Source: Ostrea edulis (lineage: Eukaryota). From it: DNA of 64,000 nucleotides. Positions within the stretch are counted from its first letter, which is position 1. Each line of letters begins with the position of its first letter. The translations under genes were made by a program, and so were the position numbers. The DNA lies in NCBI RefSeq assembly GCF_947568905.1, contig NC_079169.1:88846001-88910000 (forward strand). Reading direction: 5' to 3'. Of the stretch, positions 36,556 to 51,400 are shown piece by piece. Under the pieces are notes generated by a model. That model was not told where the DNA came from. It made no database searches and saw only the letters and a program-made list of their open reading frames with translations.

Positions 36556-39500
36556 ATTCAATCGTTATAAAAATAAAAGGCGCAATTAATACGTTGAGAG
36601 CTGATCAAATGTTTTTAACCTTTAGATATGAACTGACCGACATAGCTCCATTTCTTGCGTCGTTACTTGACCCTAGATAGCAGGTCTTATAGTCAACTCC
36701 TCGAAGTCGTCTTTCCTCTGTGGTTGTTGATCAAATAATGTTTCTTAACAAAAAAATGTTGATGGCGGTGACAATCACTTGTTGTACGTATTTAGAATAT
36801 CTCGGTCATTTTAATCGCTTTATTCATTTGTGTTTTTGTTTCTGAAATTAAAGTAAATTCGTGTTATATGTTCTGGTGAAATAAAGTTGAATATTAGATA
36901 GCATTGGGTTTACTCGAGAAAACAATATAATAGCAAATGAGTGTATCAGGGGTTAGCGATTCTATGACCGATTCTGATCCCTACTAGCTAGGCCTAGATA
37001 TTGATTGGTTGCAGGGCAAAGCGAAAAGAGCAAGTGGGAATAACATTTTATTAGCATCAGTGGCGGATCCAGGATTTCCGGGGGAAACATGTGAAAGTCA
37101 AGTTTTAGCCAAAATACTCAACCATTTTGGATGTCAAAAGGGGTTTTATTCGAAAAAAAAGTGGGCGGGGCCCCAGTCCCTCTAAATCCACCATCGAACG
37201 TCGCTTCTTCGGAGAAAGAACTTCATCTGAAATTTAGGGAAGTGCTTTACTGGTGGAATGCTTGCACAAAAGGAAAGAACATACCGATTCTCAAAATTGA
37301 TTTGGTGTCCATCAAAAATATCTTTGATATATAAAATTCCACTTTGTATCCAATTTTCAAAACAGCGTTTTTGATTCATATTGAAAAAGTTTGTTGTTCC
37401 ATATAAACTGACTAAGGAACTCGTCTCTCTTTAGAGTTTTTATGTCCGGTGGCTTTTTGGCTATTAAAAGCTGAGAATATATTTCCACATAAAAAGAGGA
37501 GTGTTAACATTTTGAAAAAGTTTGAATCTATAATGTGGAATTTTATATATTAAAGATATTTTTGATAAACACGGGGAAATGCATACTACAGTATAGTGCA
37601 CTTTACAGATAAATTGAGAGAGAAAAATAACATTTTTTGTGAATATATTTTGCTTAAAAAGGCAATCAAAATTATAAAGAAAAAATTGACTGTAATTATT
37701 CAAAATACATTGGTATAAAATCTGATGTACCTTTCAAATCAGCTAAAAGTGTTAAAAGTAAATTTTACTACTCGGTGTTTATAAATATGAAATTTTAAAA
37801 ACTATTGTATGAAAATAGCTGGAAAAATATCTTTAAATATCAGTTATTCTGGTTGGAAAAATGTATATACATGTATCACAAAAATTAAAGAACTGTGTTA
37901 AAAACGAATATTAGAATTCAACAATAAACTACTTTAAATGGTACTTTGTACAATGTGTATGTAAGTAAAAAGTGTTTGAAATAATTGAATACTGGTGTTA
38001 TTAGTAAAATTCAAATGCATATAATTCACTGAATTCTAATTTTGGTGACAAAATGACAGTTAAAGCCCCTTTAATTTTGTCTACAAAAAAGATGTTCTAG
38101 ACACAGGGAGCCAGCAGCGTTATATCAAACATGATTAGATGAAATAAAAAAATCCTTAAATTAGATAAAGCAGCATTGTGTACTTGAAAAGTTTTACGCC
38201 AGATTTCATTATCAAAATACAATAGGATAGGACGACCCACCAACCAGTGGACTACTCTACCAAACCAATGAGAAACGATTTCTCATTTCCCCATATGCAG
38301 TTTATAACACAACCACAAATAGATGTAGATGTGTCGCGACCAACAATAACGGACACTCCACGTGTAATAATACGTAAAACTTACCCTTATATATATCTTC
38401 AACCAATAGAACAAAGAGTTGTCGTTGATTGGTTGAAGTAATTCCATTCAGAAGTTGGTCATGGCAGTAGAACTATCAGATAAGGAGAGCGACATTGACA
38501 TCATTGCGAATCGTTCCGGAGAATGACAATGTTTTGTCCCGGATTACGATGACGCTCCACGTTTCAAGACACACGGCGGGGCCTCCCAGTTGATACCGTC
38601 ATAGATAAAAACATTTGACAGACTTTATAAAAATTGAATACAAGTGATGGAGCATTGTTCGATAGATAGCATTCTTGTTGATAACTATATAGGTGGTGTG
38701 TGGACGTGTACACAGTTAATCAATCGAACCTGCGATCTTCTCAGAAGCAAAGCGAGCGGTCCAAAAATTCACAATATTTGCTTCCATATCCCAACAGATA
38801 CTGAATTATAGAAGATATGTTAACTTGAAAACTTTTCACCTTTTTGCTCGAGTCAAGCAGAAATTGTCCCCGTCGTTCTAAAGAGTGAAACTGGAAAGTT
38901 TACGACAAATTTTTGAAAAGCTTACTTGATCCCAGGCAAGCTAAAACGCTTCTAAGTTTACGTCACACGACGTTGAAATGACAGTAATGGGACATCCGAG
39001 TGACTTGTGATTTAAAAATAGACAGAGAAATAATCAACTAACTTGGATCTGGTTGAGCTAATATAGACTCTACATTTAGGTTTCTGTCTGCAGTCAACCA
39101 AGAGGGCCGATTTATGGTTGCATTAAAATATGAGCAACTCTATTATTCCATTGCCAACCAAAGTGCTGCCCAAATTGATGAAACACTACATTTGTACCTT
39201 TATATTATTACTATATGATTATTTTGGACTCGCCCTCTAGCTAAAATTCTGGGGTTACGAAACTCACAATTTTGGTAAATTCCGTTCTGCTTTTCCTAAA
39301 GTTTTTATACAGTATCAGCAAAATTATTTCAGAAGATGAACAATAATTCTGGCTCCAAAATTACAATTATGGTAAAGGGTTACCTGTTCCTTCTAGACAT
39401 TCATGTACTTTCAATAAAATTATGACGTCATTTAATTAAATGTTTCACACATTATATACCAACTTTGGCCCTACACTGGGGTCAGAACCTCTACCCCGGG

Positions 39501-39909
39501 GATCATGAAATTTACAATTTTGGTCAAGGTCTGTCTGCTCTACATGATTATGCATGTAATTTTTCTTACGGATGTGCAGTTGTTTGAAAATTAGTCAATT
39601 TTTGCTCCGTCCCTACATCCCTGGTGGGTGCAGTAGTCCTGAAATTTACAATGTACCCCCCCCCCCCCCCCCCCCCCCCATCAATGAGTGACTCAGTTGA
39701 GCTAACAAGAGTCGTTGGACAATGAAATCTAACCTATAAGCATATTATGCACTCTGAATTCATTCGATACCACACACATTCTGAATAGAAAACCTCTAGG
39801 TCATGGTGCACCAATCTATCCGACATGTGAACTGATTATGTATTTCTCTATGTGAACTGATTATGCATTTCTTTAGTAAGAGAGGGGTTGTGACGAAATA
39901 TCAAAAGTC

Positions 39910-39912
<3 letters not shown>

Positions 39913-39946
<34 letters not shown>

Positions 39947-40511
39947 TCACCGTGGCTTATATCTGAAGACTTTCCATATATATTTGCATGCAAAACCTTA
40001 GTCCCTATTATGGCCCCAACCTACCCCTGAAGGCCATGATTTTTGCAAACTTGAATCTACACAATGTCAGAAAGCTTTCATGTAAATGTCAACTTCTTTG
40101 GTCCAATGGTTCTTGAGATTTTCCCTATATATTTGTATGTAAAACTTTGATCCCCCATCCTACCTCCGGGGGCAATGATTTGAACAAACTTAAATCTACA
40201 CTGTCAGAAAGCTTTCCTGTAAATATCAGCTTTTATGGCTCAGTGGATCTTGAGAAGATTTTTCCTATATATTTGTATGTAAAACTTTGATCCCCTTTGT
40301 GGCCCCATCCTACCCCAGGGGGCAATGATTTGAACAATTTAGAACCTGCACTACCTAATAAAGTTCATCTATAAATTTAATCTTTTCTGGCCCAGTGGTT
40401 CTTGAGAAGATTTTTTAATGACCCTACTCTATTTTTACCTTTTCTTGACTATCTCCCCTTGGAAGATGGCCTGGCCCTTTATTTTAAGAATTTAGAATTC
40501 ATTTTACCTAA

Positions 40512-40553
<42 letters not shown>

Positions 40554-40625
40554 TTTGAGAAGAAGTCAAAATGTTAAAAGTTTACAGACGGACGCTGGGT
40601 GATCAGAAAAGCTCACTTGAGCTTA
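39913..40625. mobile_element. Non-autonomous Helitron/Helentron (HINE) carrying ~165-bp satellite-like monomers
   Basis: Starts AACAAGAGGCCCATGGGCCACATCGCTCACCTGAG; internal repeats CCCCATCCTACCCCC...AAACTTGAATCTACA...GAAAGCTTTC; GACG microsatellite and GAAAAGCTCACTTGAGC end. The architecture resembles oyster Cg170-bearing Helitron-N elements. Confidence 0.75.
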
Positions 40626-40754
40626 TGTAACCTACTTTCAGTCCTGAAGTTGGTCATGGAGCACCAATGAAGTTGAAATATGAACTGATTATGCATTTCT
40701 CCAAGAAGCAGGTTGTGACAAAATTTCAGAGCAATTACCTTCACCCGTAATGAA

Positions 40755-41190
40755 AAACTAGAAGTGTTGGAACAACATGAATGCCCCTACCTGCAGTAAA
40801 GTCAAAAGTAGGAAACCCATCGAAGTATAGCATTGAATGTGATATTTGGATCAACGAACCGGAACAAAACTTAAATTTGGTCTGCAACTCAATATACACC
40901 TGCATTAAAAAAATCCGTTCAATATCTCAAGTAGTTTAGAAAAAAAAGTCCTGAAAACTGGTCACAACAGAAATTTTTCTATGTTAAAGGGGCACAATTC
41001 CATCTAAAATTAACAAACCAAAAGAAAATTCAAACTCGATCTGTAACTGATCAATATATAATTGCATGCAAAAAATCAATTCAATATCTTGAGGTGTTTA
41101 GACAAAAAGGCTGGAAAACTTGGATGTCTTGGAAAGAGGGACAAGGGTAAAACTATATGCCCCGACCACTTTGTGGTGGGGGCACAAAAA
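40755..41190. mobile_element. HINE-like element with terminal hairpin
   Basis: Starts AAAAACTAGAAG; ends with hairpin TGCCCCGACCACTTTGTGGTGGGGGCA followed by an A run. Confidence 0.5.
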
Positions 41191-42467
41191 TCTGGAAAAC
41201 TGACCTACTTCTACCCCTTTAGTAAGTCACAGTACACCAATCCAGCTGAAATGCTAACTGAACTTGTATTCCTCCAAGAGGAAGCTTGTTACTAAATTTC
41301 AGTAAAATACTACCTCAGACGGTGGACAGACAACACCATAACATAATACGTCCAAGGACAGGCGTATAAAAATGCAAGAAAGAAGCAACATCTTGATCAC
41401 TTTTACTATTTTTTTTAATTCTCAGTATATAGACATCTACCTGATTGTGACAACTGAATAAATGTCATCCATAAGCCATCCTTTTAGCTGTTACAATGCA
41501 AGAAAAAGCACTGAGAGTCTGCTCTACTTATATGGCCACAGAGGATAGGGATGGTGTACATAATTAATGCATTCATATCTATGCCTGACCGCACAATTCA
41601 ACCATTTTATATTATACTGGAAAAATGGGTGTCCCTACAAACCTAATATTCGGGGGTATATTATCATACAAATCTTGGGATTTATTGCTTATAAGTCATT
41701 CACCATTCATTAATAAAGAATTTAACAAAAACATAACAGTTTTAAATTAAAATTTTGTACAATAATTGGTAAATGAACTAATTACATTCAAATACAATAT
41801 AAGTTTAAAGGGATCAAGAATTAAAATACCTACAAATGTACATAACAAGAAGAAAATGCCAAACACTGTAACAATATATGAATTACATCTTACTTAGCAC
41901 AACTCTAAGTATAAACAATCATCAAATGCAAATTTCAAAGCTATTGGTGGGGTTTGGCAACAGTACAAACTTAAGCTCTGAAAACATGAGACATCAGACA
42001 TGTGCAAATGAAGTGAGTGAGTGAAATTTGAAAAACTAAAACCTGTAAATATCAAAATATAAAAAAAATCCTTTCATAAAGTAAAATGAACATTGAATTA
42101 TTGCTATGTCTATAGCCGTAATAAAATGAGAAAGGTAAGCATGGTATATTTTTTGGTTGTTGAATATCCATCACTTTCATCACATAAAAATTCAGACGTT
42201 TTGTCTTTAGATAAAAGAATTTTCTGTAACGTGGTTCAAATGCCAGAGCATAAAGTAGACTGAAATAAAAACAAATGTGATTTCCCCTCCCCCCTTTAAA
42301 CATTGCATCATATTTTCATGAATGAAGAAAAATAATACGAATAACAAGATTTCCATTAGAAAAGTGAAGACTAAAATCAAAGATGAAAAAACAATCCTTA
42401 ACTGTTCTCAAGCTGAAAGAAGCAACAAATCATTTCCATTGCCCGTTCTACAGTACAGTACAACAAT

Positions 42468-45400
42468 CTAATCCTCGGGCTTCTCATCAGCAACCCTATC
42501 CTGGACGTTGTCGGAATCCTCTCCTTGCTTAAGCCTGTTGGATTTCTCCACTCTCAGCTTGCGGCCGCGAATCTCCAGATTTTGCAGGGCATCCAGGGCT
42601 GACTCCATCTCCTGCATTTCCTGGAACTGGAGTAAGGAGTAACCTTTAGCCCCATTCCAGATCACACGGATTGGGTTGACATCCTTACCACGGATTTCTC
42701 CCTTCAATTCGCTGACTCTGACCGACCTCTGGATACTTCCTACGAACAGTGTTGGGATGGGGGCTCGGGTCCTCGGCCCACGGCGACGTCTCGGGCGATA
42801 ATCCTCGTGTTCCTCATCATCTCCGGTATTCTCTGACTCCTCTCTCCTCCGTGGACGACGCCTTCTCATGTTACGTCGCCTGGGCGGACCGCGGCGACCT
42901 TCTCCCTCGCTTTCACCTTCTTCATGGTCATCATCATGGGACTCTTCATTGTTGTCTCCATCGTCTTGGCGACGAGATCCTCTACGTCTGCGGAAACGAC
43001 GGTTCCTCCTATATCTAAAATTACAAAATCAAGGCTGTAAGTCTCTCAATACAAACATAAACAACAGTGCCTCTTAAATCTAAAAATAGAAAATCAAGGC
43101 TGTAAGTCTGTCAACTCAAACATGTATATTTACATTTCCAATGTTTTTGTTAATAGCCATTTCCTCATGAATGTGATAAATATAGTACAGCTATTTTAAC
43201 AGCTGGGAATTCTCAGACATAAGTAAAAATAGAATGTAAATATAAGAAATAAATCTCATTTTTGAAAATACTTGATGGGTGTAAACAGTAATGCTTCATA
43301 CTGGCCATTAAGCTCTAAAGCGTTGCAGTTTATGTCCTCACGTATTTTTCGAAAATGAAATTTATTTCTTAAATATCTTCCACTAAACTATTATGCTTAC
43401 AGAGTATGAGAATTGAACTATATAAATAATGTTGCAGGGGAAAATGCAGACACTATGAACATGGTCTCAAATCTGAAAGTAGGGCTGAAACAATTAATCG
43501 CGGTTCACTCGAACCGCGATTCACGGCATTCGGTTCAATTTTCGGTTCAACATCTTCAAATTTCGATTCGGTTAATGTTTACATTCTTTTCCGGAAATAA
43601 AGAATTCAACACGGATTTGGTTTTTTACCTTACAATTTATTACAAGAAAAATGGCGGACACTAACTCGGGAATCGTGATTAAAAACCCTCCGGCAATCTA
43701 AGGTCCCTTGTATGGAAGCATTTTGGTTTTAAAGAGAACGGAACTGCGGCAGTATGTAGAATTTGTTTCACAGAAATAAATTACCAATGCTCTTGGATAT
43801 TTTATAGCATCTGATATAATAAAGACCATATTCCGTTGTTGAAAACGATGATTTTCAGGGAGGAAATGAAATAAAAACATGAAAGTTGTGTATTTTTTTA
43901 TTATGGTTTATTAGAGTTTTTGACAACTATTGAATTGAATCGAAAATAATCGAATTGTGGCCTAAGAATCGAAAATTGAACCGAACCGTGAGGTACCTGA
44001 ATCGTTTCAGCCCTATCTGAAAGGGGTCTTCATCTGCCTTATCCAAGTATTCTATATAAAATTTCCCAAGGAAAGTTAAGCTATCATGTGTCACAGAAAG
44101 TGCTGATTGATGGACGGAGAGACAGTGTGATTACTATAGGACACCCTCCTTATGGAGGGGTCCTAATCAAACCACCCACCGCATCACTGACCACTGGGTG
44201 ACTTAACAATGAGAGTGTACATAGGACTTAACACTGAATGTGTACCTAGGACTTACATGTAATACTGAGTGTGTACCTAGGACTTAACACTGAGTGTGTA
44301 CCTAGGACTTAACTGAATGTGTACCTAGGACTTAACACTGAGTGTGTACCTAGGACTTAACACTGAATGTGTACCTAGGACTTAATACTGAATGTGTACC
44401 TAGGACTTAACACTGAATGTGTACCTAGGACTTAATACTGAGTGTGTACCTAGGACTTAATACTGAGTGTGTACCTAGTACTTAACACTGAGTGTGTACC
44501 TAGGACTTAATACTGAGTGTGTACATAGGACTTAACACTGAGTGTGTACCTAGGACTTAACACTGAGTGTGTACCTAGGACTTAATACGGAGTGTGTACC
44601 TAGGACTTAATACTGAATGTGTACATAGGACTTAACATTGAGTGTGTACCTAGGACTTAACACTGAGTGTGTACCTAGGACTTAAAACTGAAAGTGTACC
44701 TAGGACTTAATACTGAGTGTGTACCTAGGACTTAATACTGAATGTGTACCTAGGACTTAACACTGAATGTGTACCTAGGACTTAATACTGAGTGTGTACC
44801 TAGGACTTAATACCGAGTGTGTATCTAGGACTTAATACCGAGTGTGTACCTAGGACTTAACACTGAATGTGTACCTAGGACTTAATACTGAATGTGTAAC
44901 TAGGACTTAACACTGAATGTGTACCTAGGACTTAATACTGAATGTGTACCTAGGACTTAACACTGAATGTGTACCTAGGACGAGGCGGTTTGTCATCTCC
45001 ACCCTCCTCTCCATTCTCAGCATACTCTCCTTGATCTTCTTCTGTCTCTCTCCTCTCCCTGTACGGTCCACCTCCTCTACGGCCGCCACGGAACCTCCTG
45101 AATCTACCCCCTCTTCCACGGAACCTTCAGACAGAAAAACGACTATGAGGCATTCAACACATTGCTACCTTAAAATCAATGTTTATATCGTTGCAAACAT
45201 TTAGTGCTTTGGAAAGTCTAATTGTGGCTTGCTTGAAAAGAATACAACCATATGGTGGCGTTGAAATAATCAATTTTCTGTCAATGAAAACAGTATCTTT
45301 CTATAAAATCACAACACTGTATCCTTATCAGAATGTACTGTAAATGTATTACATTCTGCTGTGTTTTCTATTTAATAGTGCCTTTCACGAAAACCAGCTA

Positions 45401-48400
45401 TCGCTAAATCAAGTACATCACTAAATGTCTTGCGTATTTATATATTTTTTTATAGTACATTTAGAAAGCGCTAAATCAAATCTATGCTAACTTGTTGAAA
45501 GAACAAGTTCCACCAAATATTGTACACGCTAAATGTAATACACAAGTTTGCATTGTGGTGATTGTTAATCAGGTTTTTAGGTATACTTCAAACTCATTTA
45601 TCAGATTTTGTGTGATAATCCGATTGTATCATTCATCATTGCTCTCAATTTGTTCGTGGGGGGTACAATAAGTATCTTCCCCTCTCCCTTTGTCACCCCT
45701 GTAGGAAGCCTAAGACTAAACTCTGGAATAATGCTCTACATAGAATGTTACCAGCACTGTAAAATTAGATGAATGACTAACCTTACAAGACATGCAGTAT
45801 TTTTGCTGCAATGTGCTGAGCACAAGAGGATGACAGAAAAGGTCAGAGTACGAAGGAGAAAAATCGCTAAAACCCATCATGTGGCCGAATTGCAGTTTGG
45901 AAAATTATACATGCTTGCATTCAAGAAGTAAAAACATGCACATACTTAATATAGTTTATAAGTATGAAGCTTTGAATGGCCGCAATAGGTATTTAGTGTG
46001 ATAATGACCTTGACCTTTGGATTTCAACAGTAACATGAATCTTGAATGTCATCAGGATTTGAAGTCTGATAAACATGCACCAGCAAGTACATGAATAAAA
46101 GTTAGAGGCAAGCTCAAATCTACAGTGTATAGTGAAAAAAAAGACCTTGACCTTTGACCTCAAAATAGGAACCTTCCTCTTTTGGCTGTTATCAAAATAT
46201 GCAAGTCTGACAAAGACGCACCAAGTAGTATGAAAGTTAGAAACCGGACAAGCCCAAATCTATGGCAAAGTGACCTTGACTTTCGACCTCAAAATAAATA
46301 GAAACCTTCCTCTTTTGGATGTGATCATGTTATGTAAGTCTCATAAAGATGCACCAAAAAGTATGAAAGTTAGAGACCAGACAAGCTAATTGTGGACATC
46401 GCCCGCCCAACTGAATGCCCATCCTTCGCCAATTTAAAAGCCGAGATTTGCTATGCAACTCGGCTAAAAAAGTATAAATTGAAAAAAATCTAGAATTCTC
46501 ATTATGGTGTGTATTTGATGAAACAATATTGGGAGTGACATTCTTCCTTTATAACAAAACAGTGAGCAAAGTCCTCAATCAGCTGTGCTGATGACAAAGA
46601 ACATTCATTTACCTGGGACGTCCGTAATCCGAATCCATGCGCCTTCTGTCCTCCCTCTCGGGGATGTCCTCTTCTTCACGGCCGTCCTGCAAGGTTACAT
46701 CCTTTCCTGCCTCCTTTTCCTTCTCCCTCAGGTGTTTTAAGATAGGAACCTGGCGAACCTAAAGAAAACATGGCAAACCTACATGTATTTTACACACAAT
46801 TTCTGCTTGAAAATTCCGTTTTTAATTGCGGAAAGAAGCCCCTCTAAATGTTATGATAATTTTTGTAGAAAACTGTACTCTATATCTCTAACCTTCTCTG
46901 GGGTCAGCTTGGACCAGATAATTCCTTTTGGTTTAGCCTTCGTACGGTTACACTTAATGACTTGTGTTTCTGTGATGATATAGTCCACAACAACATCATG
47001 CTCCTCCATGAGGGACTCCGGAATGTCTACTATCTGAGTGTCGTGGACAGTGGTCACAACAATGGTGTCTGGTGTCACTGCTCCCATTGCACACATCATG
47101 GCATACTCCAAGTCAGCAAAACCCTCACCTTTACCAATTCTATATCCTGCCGTACAGATTTATAAACTTTAAATGCATCATCTAGTAAATATCATATCAG
47201 TGTCTGGGTTTTTTTTTAACCAATGGACAATCTTATTTTATTCAAAATAGTGTTTAAGATTTATGCTCCCAAATTGGAGGCGGGGGGCAAACAAAATTGT
47301 TTCTAATCTATCTGTAACTTTAATCATAACTTTGGAACTACACAAAGTGAAGGTCACCAAAACTTCTTTCAAATATCAAAATGTCCAAACGTGATTTTAT
47401 GATTTTTTTATGAAAAAAAAAATGGACGTTATGTAATTATAATTTTTTAATATACATTTTTGGGAGTTACATATGCAGTTGAAATTGCATAAAAGTAATT
47501 TCCATGTTCATAAATGTGCTTTTTTCTTTCTTTTTAATACTTTTTGTGTTTAAAATTTGTACAAATTAGTCTACAGGAGTCTAAATGTATTCATAGCTAA
47601 GTGTCTCTTTATATCTAAATTGTTATGGTGGGTTATGAAATTTATCACCACTTCATTTCTGACAGCTTAAAATAACTATATTTCTAAATTCAATACAAAA
47701 ATAAAACTGTTACGATTAAATTGTTCATTTATCAAAACTTGCCCACAGATTAATGAAGACAATATAACTCATGACTTCATCATGTCAATAATCATAATAA
47801 CTATGTACACACCTATATCATTATAATGTCTACTACTTTCACTCTGAACTATTCATATTCACTGTAATTACATGCTTTTGATATTTTCATGTCTTTAACT
47901 TTTGCAATGTGTATACTTGTAAAAGCAAGCAATACTTTGTCAAATTGAGTGACAGAATCCCAAAGCTGACAATACATTTTCAGTTTAAATATGCTGACAC
48001 ACAATTAGTTAACATGTGAATCCCCCTAAAGAGATGCATGATATAGCAATGCTTAATGTATTCCAACTACATGTAGGTTCTCTTAGTATCAAACTTGGTT
48101 AGCTCTCAATCAATGCGAAATAAAGTACATGTACATGTATATATGACATCTTTGTATTCATCACCATTAAGTTTCCCTTAAAACAGAGGCAAAAATTGCT
48201 TTTCAAAAATTATACATCTTTGTTTCTTCCTTACCTTCATTGGAGACAGCAACTGATCCGATGACAATCAAATCTACCTTGACCTTGGCCTCTAAGCCAA
48301 TGGGGACGCTGTACTCCTTCAAACCCTGAAAGATGGCACTTCTTTAAATTTCTTTCAAGAATTCCTCCTGGCACTAAACAAACTACAAGAGGCCCATGGG

Positions 48401-51400
48401 CCTGAATGGTGACCTGAGTGTGCAGCGTTTTCATTCTCTAGAAACCATTGTGTTACCTGTATGCTTTTTATACTTCTCCATTTCTATACATTGTATTAGA
48501 TGATAGATATGTTGGTATAACTGTCATACACAATTGATAATTCAGAATTCTTATATAGGTGATTAAGTTTCAGTGATTTTCTATTCAAGTTCTAAAAGGG
48601 CAAATAAATTTTTACAGTTTTCAAAAAGGTCTCAATGCTCATTAAAAGTAATCATGCAAACAGTGTGCCTGCTTGATGTCCAGGAGTAAAGATTTTCTAC
48701 AATATATTGCATTTTCAACATATGATCAACTAGGTCCCACCCAGGAACCTGTACTCAAGGGTAGTAAATTTCACACTGCTCATGTTGTCTGCTTGACGTC
48801 CAGCGGTAAAGAAGTTTTTCTAAGTACTGCATTTTTAATACATAGTGTACATACCAATTTAGCCCCATCCTGGTATCTGAACCCTGGAATCATATACATC
48901 ACACTTTTGGCCATGACAATCATGCAAACATTTTGCCTCCTTTATGTCCAGAAGTAAAGAAGATTACTAAGTTATAATGCATTTTCAATGTGACCACTTA
49001 ACCCCATCCTAGGGTTTGAACCCTGAACCCAGGGGTCATGAATTTCAGTTTTGGAGGAGGGCTCAATGCTAATTATAATGATACAAACATTTTGCTTCCA
49101 TGATCAGGGCTCTAAATACTCGCAAAATACGAGTACATTTGAAAAATAGCGAGTAAAAATAGTGGACACTCGAAAATCTTAGCGAGTGGTGATTTACAAA
49201 CTATGATCGTATCGTATCCGTTTTATACAGTGATGCGCTATTCGCTTTTCTTGAACTTGCACTCTGAATCATACAAATGCTTACATTAACGACCGATTTC
49301 AACAACCGTTTCTATCCGGGTTTTTCTTTTATGATTTTTTATGAAACTCGGAGTCAAACAAATGCTTCAGAGGTCGGACATCGGATATCGACATGTGGCA
49401 CGAGTCCTGTTCACCTATAGGGGTGATTAAATTGAATTCCAAGTATGACGTTTTTGTTATTCATTTATCTAAAAAAATATATCGGAGTCTATATTTTACC
49501 AATTCTTCCTGTGGTTATTTTTATCAGAATCATGAGAATGTCCTATCTAAGTTTATTGTCATATTGAGGTTGGGTTATAGTGATGACACGAGTGCATTGC
49601 TCACCGCGTAGACGATTATCTAAAAAGTTCATGGGGCTCGTGATCGTGCTGCTTATAAAACCATGAGTCCGGGATTCGCTTTAAAATATCACTAGTGATA
49701 ACCTTGATGTGGCATGAAATTGGAAGACTGGATCTAGACCTGCGGTAAACAAGTTGTGGATTAGAGGTGCGATAATCAAGAGACCTAAACATTGCACCAT
49801 ATGACTTACGTAACTTAGTGTCTTGTCCAAACGATGCCTGTTGACCCACTAGGCTCAGTAATGATGGGGAAAATCATTGATTTACAAAAATATATAAAAA
49901 AAGAGCACTGCTTCATTATTTTTATTTTAGCTTGTAGTTTTTCATTTTAGCCTGTGGATTTTTTACCCACAGGCTAAAATTAGCCTGTGGTAGAAAAAGT
50001 TAATTTCGACCCCTGATGATGTCCAGAAGTAAAGAAGATTTTCTATGATGTAATGCATTTTTAATATGAGACCAACTTAGCTATACCCTGGGAACATGAA
50101 ACCTTTTCTCACAGTTTTGGCACAGGGCTCATTGCTCATTATAATCATGCTAACAGTTTGACTACTTAATGTCCAAGAAGATTTCTGAAGATTACATTAA
50201 TTTTTATGGTTTTGGCCACACCGCTAATACCAGGGACCAACTTAGCCACACCCCTAAGGCCCCAGGGAGACAGTGTCCACGAGAAGCTGAAAATGTTCAA
50301 AAGTTTACGAATTCTGTACATCAAGCAAATGCATCACAATCATGTGTGAACATACTGCATGCTGAAGATATTTCAACAGGTATATTCAACCTGTCGATTA
50401 TTTTTTTCTGAGCAGGAGTGGAATCAGAATCTCATCTTTCAATAGATGACAGTTCAAATCATTGATACTTTATACCATATATATATCAGTATACCATAGG
50501 TACATTTTATGCGATAGTCGCAAAATTTAAAATTAACAAAATTTATCAATATTTTCATTATATAAGAAACAGTTTGCCCCAAATCACATGTCAAAACACT
50601 CATTCTAGTCTTCAACCTAATTCAATTGTCAACAAACATGCATGAAAATTTCCAAAAGGTTACATAAAAATATATTTACAATTCTGTACTTTAGAAGAGA
50701 ACGACAAAAGAAAGCAATCTATTTACACAGGTATGCATATCGATTTGTTTGCAGCAGAAGATCCAAAGAAAAATAATCAGGTTGAAGAGAGGGTCGAACA
50801 AAATTTGAAAAATCTTCCATAGAAATATGTAATACATTGTGATTATCCTTTGTTTCTACACGATGTGTGATATTTTAGTTTGTCTGTTAACAGGTCACAT
50901 GTATCTTGGCATGGAATAACGAGGGCATAGAATGAGGGAAAAAGAAAGTTGTTGCATGCCAAAGACAGGAGCATCACAATTATCAATCTAATTAACCAGA
51001 CTATATAATTAACTAGACTATCAGCGTAAATGTTAAGAGATCTCATTACCTGAGAGGTGGAGCAGTAGCGGAGAATCTCCTTCCCACATCCTTGAGGAGG
51101 CAACAGTTTGTTGAACAGTCCATGACGCAAACGTGGAGTTGGTACCAACAGCGTCTTCTCAGCCTGGTAAAGAAACACAGAGATCTAGATTCAGCACATT
51201 AAAGAACAGAGAGGACCTAGACTTATCACATTAAAGAAACAGAGAGATCTAGACTCAGCACATTTAAAGAAACAGAGAGACCTAGATTCAGTACATTAAA
51301 GAAACAGAGAGACCTAGACTTATCACATTAAAGAAACAGAGAGATCTAGACTCAGCACATTAAAGAAACAGAGAGACCTAGACGCAGCACATTAGAGAAA

